Assembly (NCBI GenBank): GCA_944393215.1
Contig: CALXZL010000002.1
Span: 71,239 to 135,238, forward strand
Reading direction: 5' to 3'
Length of the DNA: 64,000 nt
Origin: an uncultured Alphaproteobacteria bacterium
GTDB taxonomy: Bacteria; Pseudomonadota; Alphaproteobacteria; RF32; CAG-239
A program made the translations under genes and the position numbers. Positions 19,695 to 30,384 of this stretch are shown here, piece after piece. Below the pieces are notes generated by a model. The model had not been told where the DNA came from and made no database searches. It saw only the letters and a program-made list of their open reading frames with translations. Numbering within the stretch: position 1 is the first letter of the stretch; each line of letters opens with the position of its first letter.

Positions 19695-20519
19695 CGCCTT
19701 ACTCTTCAGATAATCATTTATATAATCACAAACAAATTGTGCCTGCTCTTTATCCGGACAATATTCCAATAAATATCCAAACAAATTATCAAGTAATTTA
19801 TGTCTGATAATAAAGTCATATGACGGCTGATAATAAATTTCAAAAACGAAACATAAAATTTGAATTAATCTATCGGAAAAAGATTTATCGTCTCCTTTTC
19901 TGACCAAATCATGATTTTGAACTGCTTGCATAACCTTATCCGAAATCGGAGCATATTTATCTTCCTCAGACAAATATTCAAAAAACAAATCTTTAAAAAT
20001 ACGCTCATCATATTTAATTAGATAAAGATTGGCAATTTTATCGGCATCTTTGACCAAACCATAGAGCTCGCGCGTTTCTTCTTTTTCTTTTCCTTTCGGC
20101 ATTTGTTGAAATTCGGCATCATTTTCCAATGCGTCGGCAAGTTCACCATGACGTTTAACGGGAAGAAGCAAACGCAAATCGGTATAGCCTAAATCTTTAA
20201 GCATATCATAGCTGAAATGTCCATGATTATAATGCTGTGAAGAATTTTGCGAAAGCATATAAATTTCTTTAAACCGCCCGATATCATGAAACAGACAAAC
20301 AAGTTTACCTAAACGCCAAAATTCTTCCCCTCGATTTTGAAAACTTTTTTCTTGCTTCAGAATCAAATTTCCGGCACCGACAACTTGCATGGAATGCTTA
20401 ATTTTTTCCTTGGCAAAACCTTCAAAAAAAGTTTTTCCTCTCACTTTTTGCAAACAATCATCAAATGCGGCATAAAGCTGTTTCTGTTCGGTAGATACAT
20501 CAATACTATGCAAATTCAT
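19689..20519 (-). CDS. HD-domain phosphohydrolase
   Basis: KIKHS, LFHDIGRF, NHG, KRH, KDADK. Confidence 0.85.
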   Translation of the reverse strand: MNLHSIDVSTEQKQLYAAFDDCLQKVRGKTFFEGFAKEKIKHSMQVVGAGNLILKQEKSFQNRGEEFWRLGKLVCLFHDIGRFKEIYMLSQNSSQHYNHGHFSYDMLKDLGYTDLRLLLPVKRHGELADALENDAEFQQMPKGKEKEETRELYGLVKDADKIANLYLIKYDERIFKDLFFEYLSEEDKYAPISDKVMQAVQNHDLVRKGDDKSFSDRLIQILCFVFEIYYQPSYDFIIRHKLLDNLFGYLLEYCPDKEQAQFVCDYINDYLKSKAL

Positions 20520-20567
20520 ACAAAAACAAAAGCCGCAATTTCTTGCGGCTTTCCTCCAATATCAAAG

Positions 20568-21848
20568 TTAAGCCGATTTCTTATCTTCGGCAGATTTTTT
20601 GCCTTCTTTACGATAAACCAACTTTGGCGCTTTTTTATCATTGATAACTTTTTCATCAATGATGATTTCCTCAACATTTTTCTTATCGGGAATATCATAC
20701 ATCAGCTCAAGCAAATTTTCTTCCATAATGGCACGCAAACCACGCGCTCCGGTTTTACGTTCAATCGCTTTTTTGGCAATAGCTTTAAGAGCGGCATCGG
20801 TAAAGGTGAGTTTAACGTCTTCCATTTTGAACAAACTGTTATATTGGCGAACAAGCGCATTCTTAGGCTCTGTTAAAACTTTAATTAACGCCTCTTCATC
20901 CAAGTCTTCCAAAGTTGCAATAATCGGCAAACGCCCGACAAATTCGGGTATCAAACCATATTTAAGCAAATCTTCGGGTTCTACATCTTGCAAAATTTCA
21001 CCGACGCGTCTTTCATCGGGACCTCTGACTTCAGCTCCGAACCCGATAGAAGATTCCTTCCCTCTTCTACCGACAATTTTTTCCAAACCGGAAAAAGCGC
21101 CACCGCAAATAAAAAGAATATTGGTGGTATCCACGTGTAAAAATTCCTGCTGCGGATGTTTACGACCACCTTGCGGCGGAACATTGGCAACCGTCCCTTC
21201 AATAATCTTCAAAAGAGCTTGTTGGACACCCTCACCGGACACATCGCGCGTAATAGACGGACCGTCAGTTTTACGGGTAATTTTATCAATTTCATCAATA
21301 TAAACAATACCGCGCTGTGCTTTTTCAATATCGTAGTTGGCAGCTTGAACAAGCTTCAAGATAATGTTTTCAACATCTTCACCGACATATCCGGCTTCGG
21401 TCAAGGTTGTGGCATCGGCAATGGCAAACGGCACATCCAAAATTTTAGCCAAAGTTTGCGCGAGCAAGGTTTTACCGCAACCGGTAGAACCGATAAGCAC
21501 AACGTTAGATTTGGCAATATCAACATCACTTGTCTTTGAATCAATATTATTCAAACGTTTATAATGGTTATAAACTGCCACGGACAAAACCTTTTTAGCC
21601 TTTTCCTGACCAATGACATATTGATCTAAAAACTCTTTAATTTTAGAGGGTGTCGGCAAGTTTTCGGCATCGATTCCGCCTTCACGTTTAGCCTCTTCAG
21701 CCATTTCATCCGCAACGATATTGATACAAACTTCAATACACTCATCACAAATATAAACACCGCGCCCAGCCACCAGTTTTTTCACTTCTGATTGGCTTTT
21801 ACCGCAGAATGAACAATGCAACTCGCCGTTATCTTTATCTTCACTCAT
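20568..21848 (-). CDS. clpX: ATP-dependent Clp protease ATP-binding subunit
   Basis: CSFCGK zinc finger, [26 protein letters not shown] loop, TGARGLR. Confidence 0.98.
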   Translation of the reverse strand: MSEDKDNGELHCSFCGKSQSEVKKLVAGRGVYICDECIEVCINIVADEMAEEAKREGGIDAENLPTPSKIKEFLDQYVIGQEKAKKVLSVAVYNHYKRLNNIDSKTSDVDIAKSNVVLIGSTGCGKTLLAQTLAKILDVPFAIADATTLTEAGYVGEDVENIILKLVQAANYDIEKAQRGIVYIDEIDKITRKTDGPSITRDVSGEGVQQALLKIIEGTVANVPPQGGRKHPQQEFLHVDTTNILFICGGAFSGLEKIVGRRGKESSIGFGAEVRGPDERRVGEILQDVEPEDLLKYGLIPEFVGRLPIIATLEDLDEEALIKVLTEPKNALVRQYNSLFKMEDVKLTFTDAALKAIAKKAIERKTGARGLRAIMEENLLELMYDIPDKKNVEEIIIDEKVINDKKAPKLVYRKEGKKSAEDKKSA

Positions 21849-21859
21849 CTTTCTAAATC

Positions 21860-22492
21860 CTATTTTGCAACAATTTCAGTTCTGTTAGCCACAATCTGGT
21901 CAATCAAACCAAATTTGAGTGCTTCTTCGGGTGTCATAAAATTATCTCTTTCCATAGCTTTTTCCACGACGGAAAGTTTTTGACCGGTATGGTGAGAATA
22001 TAATTTATTCATGCGTTTTTTCAACTCTACCAAATTACGGGCATGAATTTCAATATCCGTTACCTGACCTTTAAAACCGGAACTCGGTTGATGAATCATA
22101 ATCATGGAGTTTGGCAAAGAAAAACGTTTACCTTTAGTACCGGCAGCAAGCAAAAAAGATCCCATGGAGCAAGCTTGACCGATACAAACCGTATTCACAT
22201 CACAAGTTATATATTGCATGGTATCATACATAGCCATACCCGAAGTCACCGAACCACCGGGAGAATTGATATACATATAAATATCTTTTTTGGGGTTTTC
22301 CGATTCCAAAAACAGAAGCTGAGCACAAACAAGTGAAGCGACTTCATCATTAACTTCGCCGGTCAGAAAGATAATTCTTTCTTTAAGCAACCGAGAAAAT
22401 ATATCAAAAGAACGTTCACCTTTAGAAGTCTGCTCAATGACCATCGGGACAAGACTGCTGTTAAATACTTTTAAGGGATTTTCATCAAACAT
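21860..22492 (-). CDS. clpP: Clp protease proteolytic subunit
   Basis: [31 protein letters not shown]. Confidence 0.98.
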   Translation of the reverse strand: MFDENPLKVFNSSLVPMVIEQTSKGERSFDIFSRLLKERIIFLTGEVNDEVASLVCAQLLFLESENPKKDIYMYINSPGGSVTSGMAMYDTMQYITCDVNTVCIGQACSMGSFLLAAGTKGKRFSLPNSMIMIHQPSSGFKGQVTDIEIHARNLVELKKRMNKLYSHHTGQKLSVVEKAMERDNFMTPEEALKFGLIDQIVANRTEIVAK

Positions 22493-22586
22493 TTTATCTT
22501 CCTTATGCCGTAAATTACAATTTTTGAAAAGAATATACCAATATCATCAATAAAAAGTAAATAAAGGCAATAAAAAAGTTAAGAAA

Positions 22587-23999
22587 TTAGAGAAAACTTT
22601 CATAAACAAGACTATTTTTTCGTAATTGCTTATTTAATTCTTCTAAACCATATTTTTCAATTAATGTTTGCTGATTTTCATCAAACAAAGAAACCCCCAA
22701 CCCAAGCTTGGATGATTTGGAAGAAATATCGGCAGCCTCTATAATGGTTGGCATAATATCCACCCCGCTAAATTTTCTTGGTCTGATATTTTTTTGATCT
22801 GCTATTAAAATATTCACAAGAGTTCTCTCTCCGGAAAAAGAAGACATTGCTTGTGCAATCTCTTTATCCATGGATAAATGATCGCCAATAATTAGTAATA
22901 TTGTATCTTTATCTAAGCCCTCTTTATAAAACCATTGAACAAAATCAGAAATCTGCTTATCCGTACATAAAACAACATCTCTCCAATCTTGGTATTTTTT
23001 TTTGCAATTTTTTTCTAAATAATTATATGGATAATGCGTATTTACTGTTTCTGCAACAATAAAAAAATGTTCTTTTTTGTCACGCAATGCAAGTATATGT
23101 CTTTTTAAAAAATCATACATAAAACTATCTGGATACCCCCATGCACCACCATATAATCTTCCAGTCATATGTTTCCGAAAATAATTAACATCATAAATAT
23201 GCTCTTGTTTTACCCCATGCTCTTTCAAAAAAACATCTTTTCCACCAAATGTCGATGAAGCTGAAGTAACAAAATAATTTTTATATTCAAGAGAATTTAA
23301 AATATCTGGTAAACAAACCAAATTGGGCAAAAAATTATAATTGCTCCCATATTGATTATAAGAGACATCCACGTCAAGAGGAACACCACACAATGCCGTT
23401 ACCATACCGGCAATTGTCCAAGCACTCCCATATATTTGATAATACTTACCCATAGAATTTTGGGTCGATGAAAGTATTTGAAAGGAATCAAATAAGACAT
23501 TATATTTATTTTCCATGGATTCTAAAAAAAACACTACAATATTTTTTGAATCTGAATTTATTGAAAAATTTTCCTCTATCGGTTCTACATAATTTTTTTC
23601 ATAAAGATCCGAATATTCAAATTGATTTTGAATGTATGCAAAGAAATCATATTTCAAACATCCCCACAAGAATATGGGTACAAACAGGAGCATGCTTCCG
23701 CACAAAAAGACATAAGTTCCAAGTTTTTTCAATAACCAATAGAGAACACCTGCTCCCACCAAAAACAAAGCAACGGAAATAGAAAAAACCGTAACATACT
23801 CACCTTTCAAAGACATAATGTCTTTGGCATATTGTACATGGAAACAAATTTGTTCAAAAGATAGACCTTCAAAAAAATATTCTAAACTAAAAATAAAAAG
23901 TAATAAGAATATTGCAAATAAATATAAAAATATGGCAGCCGCTTGAAAAAATTTTTCTTTACTGGTTTTCACTTTTTTTCTCCACAATAATACAAACAT
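22587..23999 (-). CDS. LTA-synthase/MdoB-like membrane phosphotransferase (alkaline phosphatase superfamily)
   Basis: 3 N-terminal TM segments, FFLESME, AWTIAGM...CGVPL, TVNTH, IGDH; exact start uncertain. Confidence 0.85.
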   Translation of the reverse strand: MFVLLWRKKVKTSKEKFFQAAAIFLYLFAIFLLLFIFSLEYFFEGLSFEQICFHVQYAKDIMSLKGEYVTVFSISVALFLVGAGVLYWLLKKLGTYVFLCGSMLLFVPIFLWGCLKYDFFAYIQNQFEYSDLYEKNYVEPIEENFSINSDSKNIVVFFLESMENKYNVLFDSFQILSSTQNSMGKYYQIYGSAWTIAGMVTALCGVPLDVDVSYNQYGSNYNFLPNLVCLPDILNSLEYKNYFVTSASSTFGGKDVFLKEHGVKQEHIYDVNYFRKHMTGRLYGGAWGYPDSFMYDFLKRHILALRDKKEHFFIVAETVNTHYPYNYLEKNCKKKYQDWRDVVLCTDKQISDFVQWFYKEGLDKDTILLIIGDHLSMDKEIAQAMSSFSGERTLVNILIADQKNIRPRKFSGVDIMPTIIEAADISSKSSKLGLGVSLFDENQQTLIEKYGLEELNKQLRKNSLVYESFL

Positions 24000-24657
24000 T
24001 TTTACCTAAAATAGTTCCTTGCGTCAATTTATCCAAAAAACGACTAACGGGAAAAAGAAACCGATCATAAAATTTCAAGGTTACGGGAGAAATATCACCT
24101 TGTTTATTGCCGAAACATTTGAACAAAAGCGTAATAAAAAAGCCCAAAAAATCAGCATAAACAAGTTTTTCAATTTTCCACTTATTCTTATCGGCAAACA
24201 ACTTTATTAAAGCCGCTTTAGTATAGCGCCGATAATGCCCGACTTTTTTATCCATGGAAGAATAAAGCAAGTTAAAAGCGGGAAGATACAAAAAAATTTT
24301 TCCGTTCGGCGTTAACTTTCGATAAAAAGCATCAACAACGGCAACATCATCTTTGATATGCTCCAAAACATTTAAGGAATATATATAATGGATTGTTCCG
24401 TCAGAAAATTCATCCAAAGATTTGGCACAATTTTGATGATGATAAAATTTTTGCAAATTATCGGCAGGCTCAATACAAATAACTTGATTGCCGCTGTTTT
24501 TTTCTACTTCTCGGGCAATATCCCCCTCTCCAGAACCAAAATCTACAATTTGCAAATTTGGCTGATTGATGAGGGAACAAACACTTTTAACTAAAAATTG
24601 ATTATAATTTTTAGCTAATTTCAAAACGTCTAAATTATCTTCCCCCTGATATTGCAC
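23959..24657 (-). CDS. Class I SAM-dependent methyltransferase
   Basis: VDFGSGEG, LNVLEHI, LYSSMDKKVGHYRRY. Confidence 0.88.
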   Translation of the reverse strand: MQYQGEDNLDVLKLAKNYNQFLVKSVCSLINQPNLQIVDFGSGEGDIAREVEKNSGNQVICIEPADNLQKFYHHQNCAKSLDEFSDGTIHYIYSLNVLEHIKDDVAVVDAFYRKLTPNGKIFLYLPAFNLLYSSMDKKVGHYRRYTKAALIKLFADKNKWKIEKLVYADFLGFFITLLFKCFGNKQGDISPVTLKFYDRFLFPVSRFLDKLTQGTILGKNVCIIVEKKSENQ

Positions 24658-25599
24658 TTAACGGTCTCCGACGGCAGGATAATTAAGATATGCCATACGC
24701 CGCACCTCTTTTCTGCTTTTGCTGACACTGTCCAAAATAAGACCGACCAATAAAGAAATCACGGCAAGTATCATCAACCCCATAGCCAAAAAAGCTCTGG
24801 GAAAACGCAACACTTGATGCGTTTGAAAAAAGTCTTCCACTACCGGCAAGCCAAAGCACAAAGACAAAATAAAAAAGAAAATTGTAAACAAACTAAAACA
24901 AAACAAAGGGCGTTCATCTTTAATCAGATTCACAATCATTAAAAGGATTCGCATCCCGTCCTTATAAGTCGCCAATTTGCTTTCCGAACCCAACGGTCGA
25001 GCAAAATAATCCGTTTCAATTTCTTTAAAAGGGATTCTTGAAGAAAGAGCATGGACAGTTAATTCCGTTTCAATTTCAAAACCGGCAGATTGAGCTGGAA
25101 AAGATTTAACAAACCGCTTAGAAAAAACTCTGAAACCAGAAAGCATATCAACCAAATTTTGCTTAAAAAATTTCTGAACCAATTTAGTCAACAAAATATT
25201 ACCGGTCCGATGTCCCACACGATAAGCCGCCAAATCAACCTCTTTTCTGGCACCGATAACCATATCCAAATTATTTTTCACCAATTCATCAATTAAATCG
25301 GGCGTACGTTTAATATCATATGTCTTATCCCCGTCACTCATAACATAAATATCGGCATCAATATCGGCAAACATCCGCCGAACCACATTGCCTTTACCCT
25401 GATAATATTCTGATCTGACGATTGCACCGGCTTTTCGCGCTTTTTCTGCAGTTTTATCGGTTGAATTATTATCATAGACATAAATATCGGCATCCGGCAG
25501 ATATTTTCTAAAATCGGCAACAACTCCGGCAATGGAAATTTCCTCATTATAACAAGGAATAATCACGGCAATTTTTTTATTTGGTATCATCATCTTCAT
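24658..25599 (-). CDS. GT2-family glycosyltransferase (polyprenol-phosphate glycosyltransferase-like)
   Basis: IIPCYNEE, YDNNSTD, GKGNVVRRMF, DGD, DMLSGFR, FEIETE; 2 C-terminal TM segments; start approximate. Confidence 0.9.
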   Translation of the reverse strand: MKMMIPNKKIAVIIPCYNEEISIAGVVADFRKYLPDADIYVYDNNSTDKTAEKARKAGAIVRSEYYQGKGNVVRRMFADIDADIYVMSDGDKTYDIKRTPDLIDELVKNNLDMVIGARKEVDLAAYRVGHRTGNILLTKLVQKFFKQNLVDMLSGFRVFSKRFVKSFPAQSAGFEIETELTVHALSSRIPFKEIETDYFARPLGSESKLATYKDGMRILLMIVNLIKDERPLFCFSLFTIFFFILSLCFGLPVVEDFFQTHQVLRFPRAFLAMGLMILAVISLLVGLILDSVSKSRKEVRRMAYLNYPAVGDR

Positions 25600-27289
25600 A
25601 AATCTTATATTTATCATTAACAAAAACCTGATCTGCAATTTCTTTTGGAGCACACAAAGAGAAAAAAGGCAACAAATTATTTACAAGCAAATGACAGCGC
25701 ATCCCTTTTGTGTCGGGGATGGTTGGAAAATCAATTTTCCAACTGTTTTTTTGAAACCCTGTCGCCAATAAAAGCAAAACCGGACCTTGATGATTTTTTA
25801 TAATTTGCTCCCTTTTGTTCTGCCACAAAGAATTTGTAGAAAAATAATCTTTTTCGGTAATATTATTATTTTGAGTAAAAGCATATAACTGTTGAAAGAT
25901 ATTAACACCGCGCACGGACGGATTTTTATCAGCCCAATAAGCAAACAAAGCCGATGTCGGATAATTATATGTTTTTATCAAAGCATGATCGGGTATAACA
26001 ACATTTTCAACTTTAATATATGCGTCATTTTTATTTTCAAAATTTTGCAAATTGAGATGTCTGCCCCAATTTTCAGAAAAATAAGGAGTACTAAGCAAAA
26101 TAAACAAAACAATTCCGCAAAAACTAAAATACAGCGCTTGTCCGAAAAAAGAAGACGGTTTCAGAGAAGTTAAGGCTCGGGCAATTATAAAAGCACATAA
26201 AATTTCCGGCAAAATAAAATAGCGGACAATAGAAAAGAAATACATCCAAACGGCATAACAAACCAAAAGACAAAGACTTAAGAACACCCATTTATAATCA
26301 AAATTAACTTTTTTATGTTTGATTTTAATATAAACGAGTTTAGCAATAAAATACCAAAAAATAAGATAAACAATCAAACTTCTGAAATCGGCAACAAACA
26401 TTTCGCTTCCTTCTTGCCGATATAAAGATAAAGAAATAATAATCGGCCACAAAAGAACATCAAACCAGCTCTGAGGCGTAAAATTCCGATCAAAGAAATT
26501 TCCGATAGGCAAAAAAGGAGATTCAAACACGGCGTTGGCAAAGGGGAAAAACGGATTTTGAAACTCGGTCCACATTTTCCACATCCAAAAACCCGAAAAA
26601 CACAAAAAGCCGAGCATACCGCCCAAAGCAAACCAAAACAAATTTTGCACCGGATGCTTAAGTTTTTTAGAAAAACAGAGCAAAGTCACGCCACACCCGA
26701 AGCAATAAATAACAGCGGTCAACTTCAGTCCCATGGCGGCGCCGAGCAAACATCCCGATAAAAAGAAGGAAGATTTTTTTCCGCTTTGTTTATAGAAAAT
26801 TTCATTAATTAAAATATAGAAGGCAGATAGCTGCAAAAACGCCAACATCACTTCATTACTGGAAATTCCTATTTGTAAAAATGTGGCACTTCCTGTTAAG
26901 GCAATCAAAAAACAAAGCCCAAGAGCAATTTTACCGGACAATGAATTTTTATCAAAAAACAAAAACTCAAGCCGAAAAACAACATACATCAAAGCCCCGA
27001 ACCACAATCCTTGAAGAAAAGAAATAAGCGCGGGAAAATCATTAAAATATTTAATCAGATAATAAAGAGGCACATCGGGAAGCGGATTAAAAAAACCGTT
27101 TAAGCCCGCCATTAACACATCATCATTAACGCGATGATTAACCAAAGCCCAGGCATTATAATAATGATAATTTACAAAATCCCAAATAATTTCATAACGC
27201 AAGCCACAGCTTAAGAGACCGCCGCCTAAAAGGAACAACAGACAAATAACTTTTTGATTTGTAGCTAAATTAACAATAAAATTTTTCAT
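25577..27289 (-). CDS. Multi-pass membrane protein, probable GT-C-fold glycosyltransferase
   Basis: WDFVNYHYYNAWA, FFNP, GAAMGLKLT, NPFFPFAN; about 11 TM segments; adjacent to a GT2 gene. Confidence 0.7.
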   Translation of the reverse strand: MKNFIVNLATNQKVICLLFLLGGGLLSCGLRYEIIWDFVNYHYYNAWALVNHRVNDDVLMAGLNGFFNPLPDVPLYYLIKYFNDFPALISFLQGLWFGALMYVVFRLEFLFFDKNSLSGKIALGLCFLIALTGSATFLQIGISSNEVMLAFLQLSAFYILINEIFYKQSGKKSSFFLSGCLLGAAMGLKLTAVIYCFGCGVTLLCFSKKLKHPVQNLFWFALGGMLGFLCFSGFWMWKMWTEFQNPFFPFANAVFESPFLPIGNFFDRNFTPQSWFDVLLWPIIISLSLYRQEGSEMFVADFRSLIVYLIFWYFIAKLVYIKIKHKKVNFDYKWVFLSLCLLVCYAVWMYFFSIVRYFILPEILCAFIIARALTSLKPSSFFGQALYFSFCGIVLFILLSTPYFSENWGRHLNLQNFENKNDAYIKVENVVIPDHALIKTYNYPTSALFAYWADKNPSVRGVNIFQQLYAFTQNNNITEKDYFSTNSLWQNKREQIIKNHQGPVLLLLATGFQKNSWKIDFPTIPDTKGMRCHLLVNNLLPFFSLCAPKEIADQVFVNDKYKIYEDDDTK

Positions 27290-27412
27290 TATACCCTCTT
27301 CTGCTCAACAGGATATAATTTCTTTCGTAATAAAAAAACTTTAAAAAAATTTATACACAAAATAAAAAAAAAGCCCGACCAAAAGATCGGACTTTTCAAA
27401 ATGCAGCAAAGA

Positions 27413-28819
27413 CTAAGATGCTTTTTTAGTTGTTTTCTTAGCTTTTTCTTCAGTTTCAGTTTTTTTTGCCTTGGCTGTAGATTTTTTTGCCGGTTTAGCA
27501 GCTTCATCAAAGTTGTACAAATCTTCAATAGAAACTGTTTTTTCACTGACTTTAGCTTGAGAAATGATATGATCAACAATCTTTTCCTCAAAAATCGGAG
27601 CTTTCAAATTCTCAACGGCTTGTTTATTTTTAACATAGAAATCCAAAACTGCCTTTTCTTGTCCGGGATATTTACGAGCTTCAGCCATAATAGCTTGATT
27701 AATATCATCGGGAGTAATGGTAATTTTTGCATTTTGACCGATTTCAGAGAGGAGCAAGCCGAGTTTAACTCTGCGAACGGCAATATCTTTATATTCCTTC
27801 AAAAGCTCATCTTCAGATTTTGCTTTTTCGCTTTCATCAAGTTGATTATATTTCTTAGCTTGTTCATATTGGTTGACAATAGCTTTATATTCAGCATCGA
27901 CCAAAGATTGCGGAACATCAAAAGTATAATTCTTATCCAAAATATCCAAAAGTTGTCTTTTGAGTTTCATTTTGGAAGCGGCTTCATAATCACCTTTAAT
28001 TCGTTCGGCAATAATGGCTTTGAGTTTATCCAAATTTTCTTCACCCATAGATTTAGCAAATTCGTCATTGATTTGAACTTCTTGAGGCTCACGAAGTTCT
28101 TTAATTTCGCAAGCAAAAACGGCAACTTTACCAGCCAAATCTTTAGCGTGATAATTTTCGGGGAAGGTAACATTAACATCAACCTTCTCACCGGCTTTCT
28201 TACCGATTAATTGATCTTCAAAACCGGGAATAAAAGAGTTTGAACCCAAAACCAAAGGATAGTTGCTACCTTTACCGCCTTGGAATTCAACCCCGTCAAC
28301 GGAACCGACAAAGTCAATAACGGCGGTATCACCTTTTTGAGAAGCTCTGTCGTTTTCAACTTTTTTAGTTTCTTTGCGCGCATCAGCCAAATATTTCAAA
28401 GCTTTTTCAACTTCTTCGGCAGGAACTTCAGCCATTTGTTTTTCAAGAGCAATATCTTTAATACCGTCAAAGTTGATTTCGGGCATAATTTCAACATTAA
28501 CGTCAAATTCAACATCTTCACCGTCTTTGAAAGCGGTAATTTTAACATCAGGCATCATAACCGGACGAAGATTGTTTTCTTTGATAACTTGCTGAGCGGT
28601 TTTTTGAACCAAATCTTCCAAGACCTCGGCTTTGGCAGAAGCTTCATATTTTTGTTTAATCATGGAAGCAGGAGCTTTACCGGCTCTGAAACCTGGAAGT
28701 TTAACGGATTTAGCAATAGATTTGATTTTGGCATCAACGTCTTTGGCAAAATCTGCGGCAGAGACGCTGACTTTAAAAGATTTTTTCAATCCTTCGGATT
28801 TTACTTCTTTAATATTCAT
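27413..28819 (-). CDS. tig: Trigger factor
   Basis: GFRAGKAP ribosome-binding motif, FKBP domain (IDFVG, FIPGFEDQL, TFPENY). Confidence 0.96.
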   Translation of the reverse strand: MNIKEVKSEGLKKSFKVSVSAADFAKDVDAKIKSIAKSVKLPGFRAGKAPASMIKQKYEASAKAEVLEDLVQKTAQQVIKENNLRPVMMPDVKITAFKDGEDVEFDVNVEIMPEINFDGIKDIALEKQMAEVPAEEVEKALKYLADARKETKKVENDRASQKGDTAVIDFVGSVDGVEFQGGKGSNYPLVLGSNSFIPGFEDQLIGKKAGEKVDVNVTFPENYHAKDLAGKVAVFACEIKELREPQEVQINDEFAKSMGEENLDKLKAIIAERIKGDYEAASKMKLKRQLLDILDKNYTFDVPQSLVDAEYKAIVNQYEQAKKYNQLDESEKAKSEDELLKEYKDIAVRRVKLGLLLSEIGQNAKITITPDDINQAIMAEARKYPGQEKAVLDFYVKNKQAVENLKAPIFEEKIVDHIISQAKVSEKTVSIEDLYNFDEAAKPAKKSTAKAKKTETEEKAKKTTKKAS

Positions 28820-28862
28820 CAATACTCTCTTCAATTAGGGTTAAACCATCTCACAAAAGAGA

Positions 28863-28947
28863 TGGTGCGAGCGGAGAGACTCGAACTCTCAAACCGAAAG
28901 GCACCAGATCCTAAGTCTGGCGTGTCTACCAATTTCACCACGCTCGC
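28863..28947 (-). tRNA. tRNA-Leu (TAG)
   Basis: Reverse complement GCGAGCG...CCAGA-CTTAGGA-TCTGG...long variable arm...GTTCGAG...CGCTCGC ACCA; typical position upstream of tig. Confidence 0.95.
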
Positions 28948-29096
28948 AACTACTTATTTTTGCTTGCATAGTAAAGAAAAAAAATTTTAAATCAAGACTA
29001 AATTCACAACCTGATAAAAATAATTGTAATATAAGTTAATATTCTATATGATGAGGACAAAAGCGTTTTTTTAATTATAATTTTGGGAGTAAACCG

Positions 29097-30266
29097 GTGT
29101 TTGCAAAAAATATGACCAAAAATTTATTATGCGGAGCCGCATTAATAGGACTTATCAGCGGCTGTACCAACGTTGCCCGCATGGGAGAAGACGGAAAATC
29201 TCCGACAATATGGCAATTCAATGACCAAGCGGCAGAAGATGCCAACCTGGCAACGGTAGCATATTCACAAGGAAATTTTGAAGAAGCACAAAGATTAGCC
29301 GATCGCTCTTTACAATCCAATCCTAAACTACCGCAAGCCTTGATTGTAAGTGCCATGACCGCTGAACAATTAGGTCACTACAACCGCGCGCGCCAAAATT
29401 ATGAAGACTTAATTTTATTAAATAGTGATGCCACCACCATTTTAGGCTCATCAAACGGCAAGCCGGAAAAAATGTCAACAATCGCCCAAAAACGCCTCCG
29501 AATGATAACTTTGCAGCAAAGTAAAATGGTTATAGAAGATGATAACGGCGCCAAAGTTTTCAATATTGAAGATTCCAAAGCCTTAAGACAAAGCAAATCA
29601 GCCATAGCCAAAGCCATTTTTATGGCACAAAAGAAAAAGCCGGTGGTTGAAGAACCCACAACGGAAGAGCAAATTGAGGCAGCAGAAATTTTGTTTGACG
29701 ACGGAGAACAAAACGTTATTGCACGCTTTTTAACCTTGAAAGAGCTGGCAGAAAATGATTTGGTTACACAAGAAGAGTTTTTAAATGCACGTTCGGCAAA
29801 TATCGGAGCTTTGCTGCCGTTGACCAATGGAGCTCCGGCCTTTGGTATTGATCGTGCGGTTCCCTCACCTGATTTGATTGTAGAACGCATTAATGTCCTA
29901 AAAGAAGCCACCGAAGCCAAAGCCATAACCCCGAGAGAATTTTTGGCGGAACGCAATCTGATTATAGAAACATTACTACCGCCGCATCCGCGTCAACGTG
30001 CCAAGAGACAACTTCCCACCAAAGATATAATGACGGCAGCAAAGAACTTACGTAAATTGGAAGTTTTGTATGATTTGAATTTAATCACCACCAATGAAAA
30101 AGAAAAAGAAAAAGCCGCGATTGAAAATTATTTAGGCATTAATCGCGCCGCCGCAACGGCAAAAACAACAAAGCCGGAAACAGCAAAACCAACGGAAGAG
30201 AAAAAAGCCGAAGATGAAAAATCCAAAGCCGAGCCGTTAGTTCCAATGGTTTCCAGCCCGTTTTAG
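29097..30266 (+). CDS. Lipoprotein with TPR repeats and SHOCT-like repeats
   Basis: Lipobox ISGC; TPR-like helices; three LKEL...IT.EEF-type motifs. Confidence 0.75.
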   Translation: MFAKNMTKNLLCGAALIGLISGCTNVARMGEDGKSPTIWQFNDQAAEDANLATVAYSQGNFEEAQRLADRSLQSNPKLPQALIVSAMTAEQLGHYNRARQNYEDLILLNSDATTILGSSNGKPEKMSTIAQKRLRMITLQQSKMVIEDDNGAKVFNIEDSKALRQSKSAIAKAIFMAQKKKPVVEEPTTEEQIEAAEILFDDGEQNVIARFLTLKELAENDLVTQEEFLNARSANIGALLPLTNGAPAFGIDRAVPSPDLIVERINVLKEATEAKAITPREFLAERNLIIETLLPPHPRQRAKRQLPTKDIMTAAKNLRKLEVLYDLNLITTNEKEKEKAAIENYLGINRAAATAKTTKPETAKPTEEKKAEDEKSKAEPLVPMVSSPF

Positions 30267-30282
30267 CTGTAACTTATAATTT

Positions 30283-30312
30283 AAAGAGGGTTCGGCTGAA
30301 CCCTCTTTTTTC
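30283..30312 (+). terminator. Intrinsic terminator
   Basis: AAAGAGGGTTC ggct GAACCCTCTTTTTT. Confidence 0.8.
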
Positions 30313-30384
30313 TTGCCAAAATAAGATATCTGATATAAAAGAAGCCTAATTTCAAAAATTAAAGACAATTAAATAAGGTAGAAA

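Noticed and set aside
20641-28990. Long antisense ORFs opposite clpX and tig (similar ones lie opposite lpxA, prfC and flgC)
   Set aside because: Shadow frames of well-conserved genes, explained by codon bias
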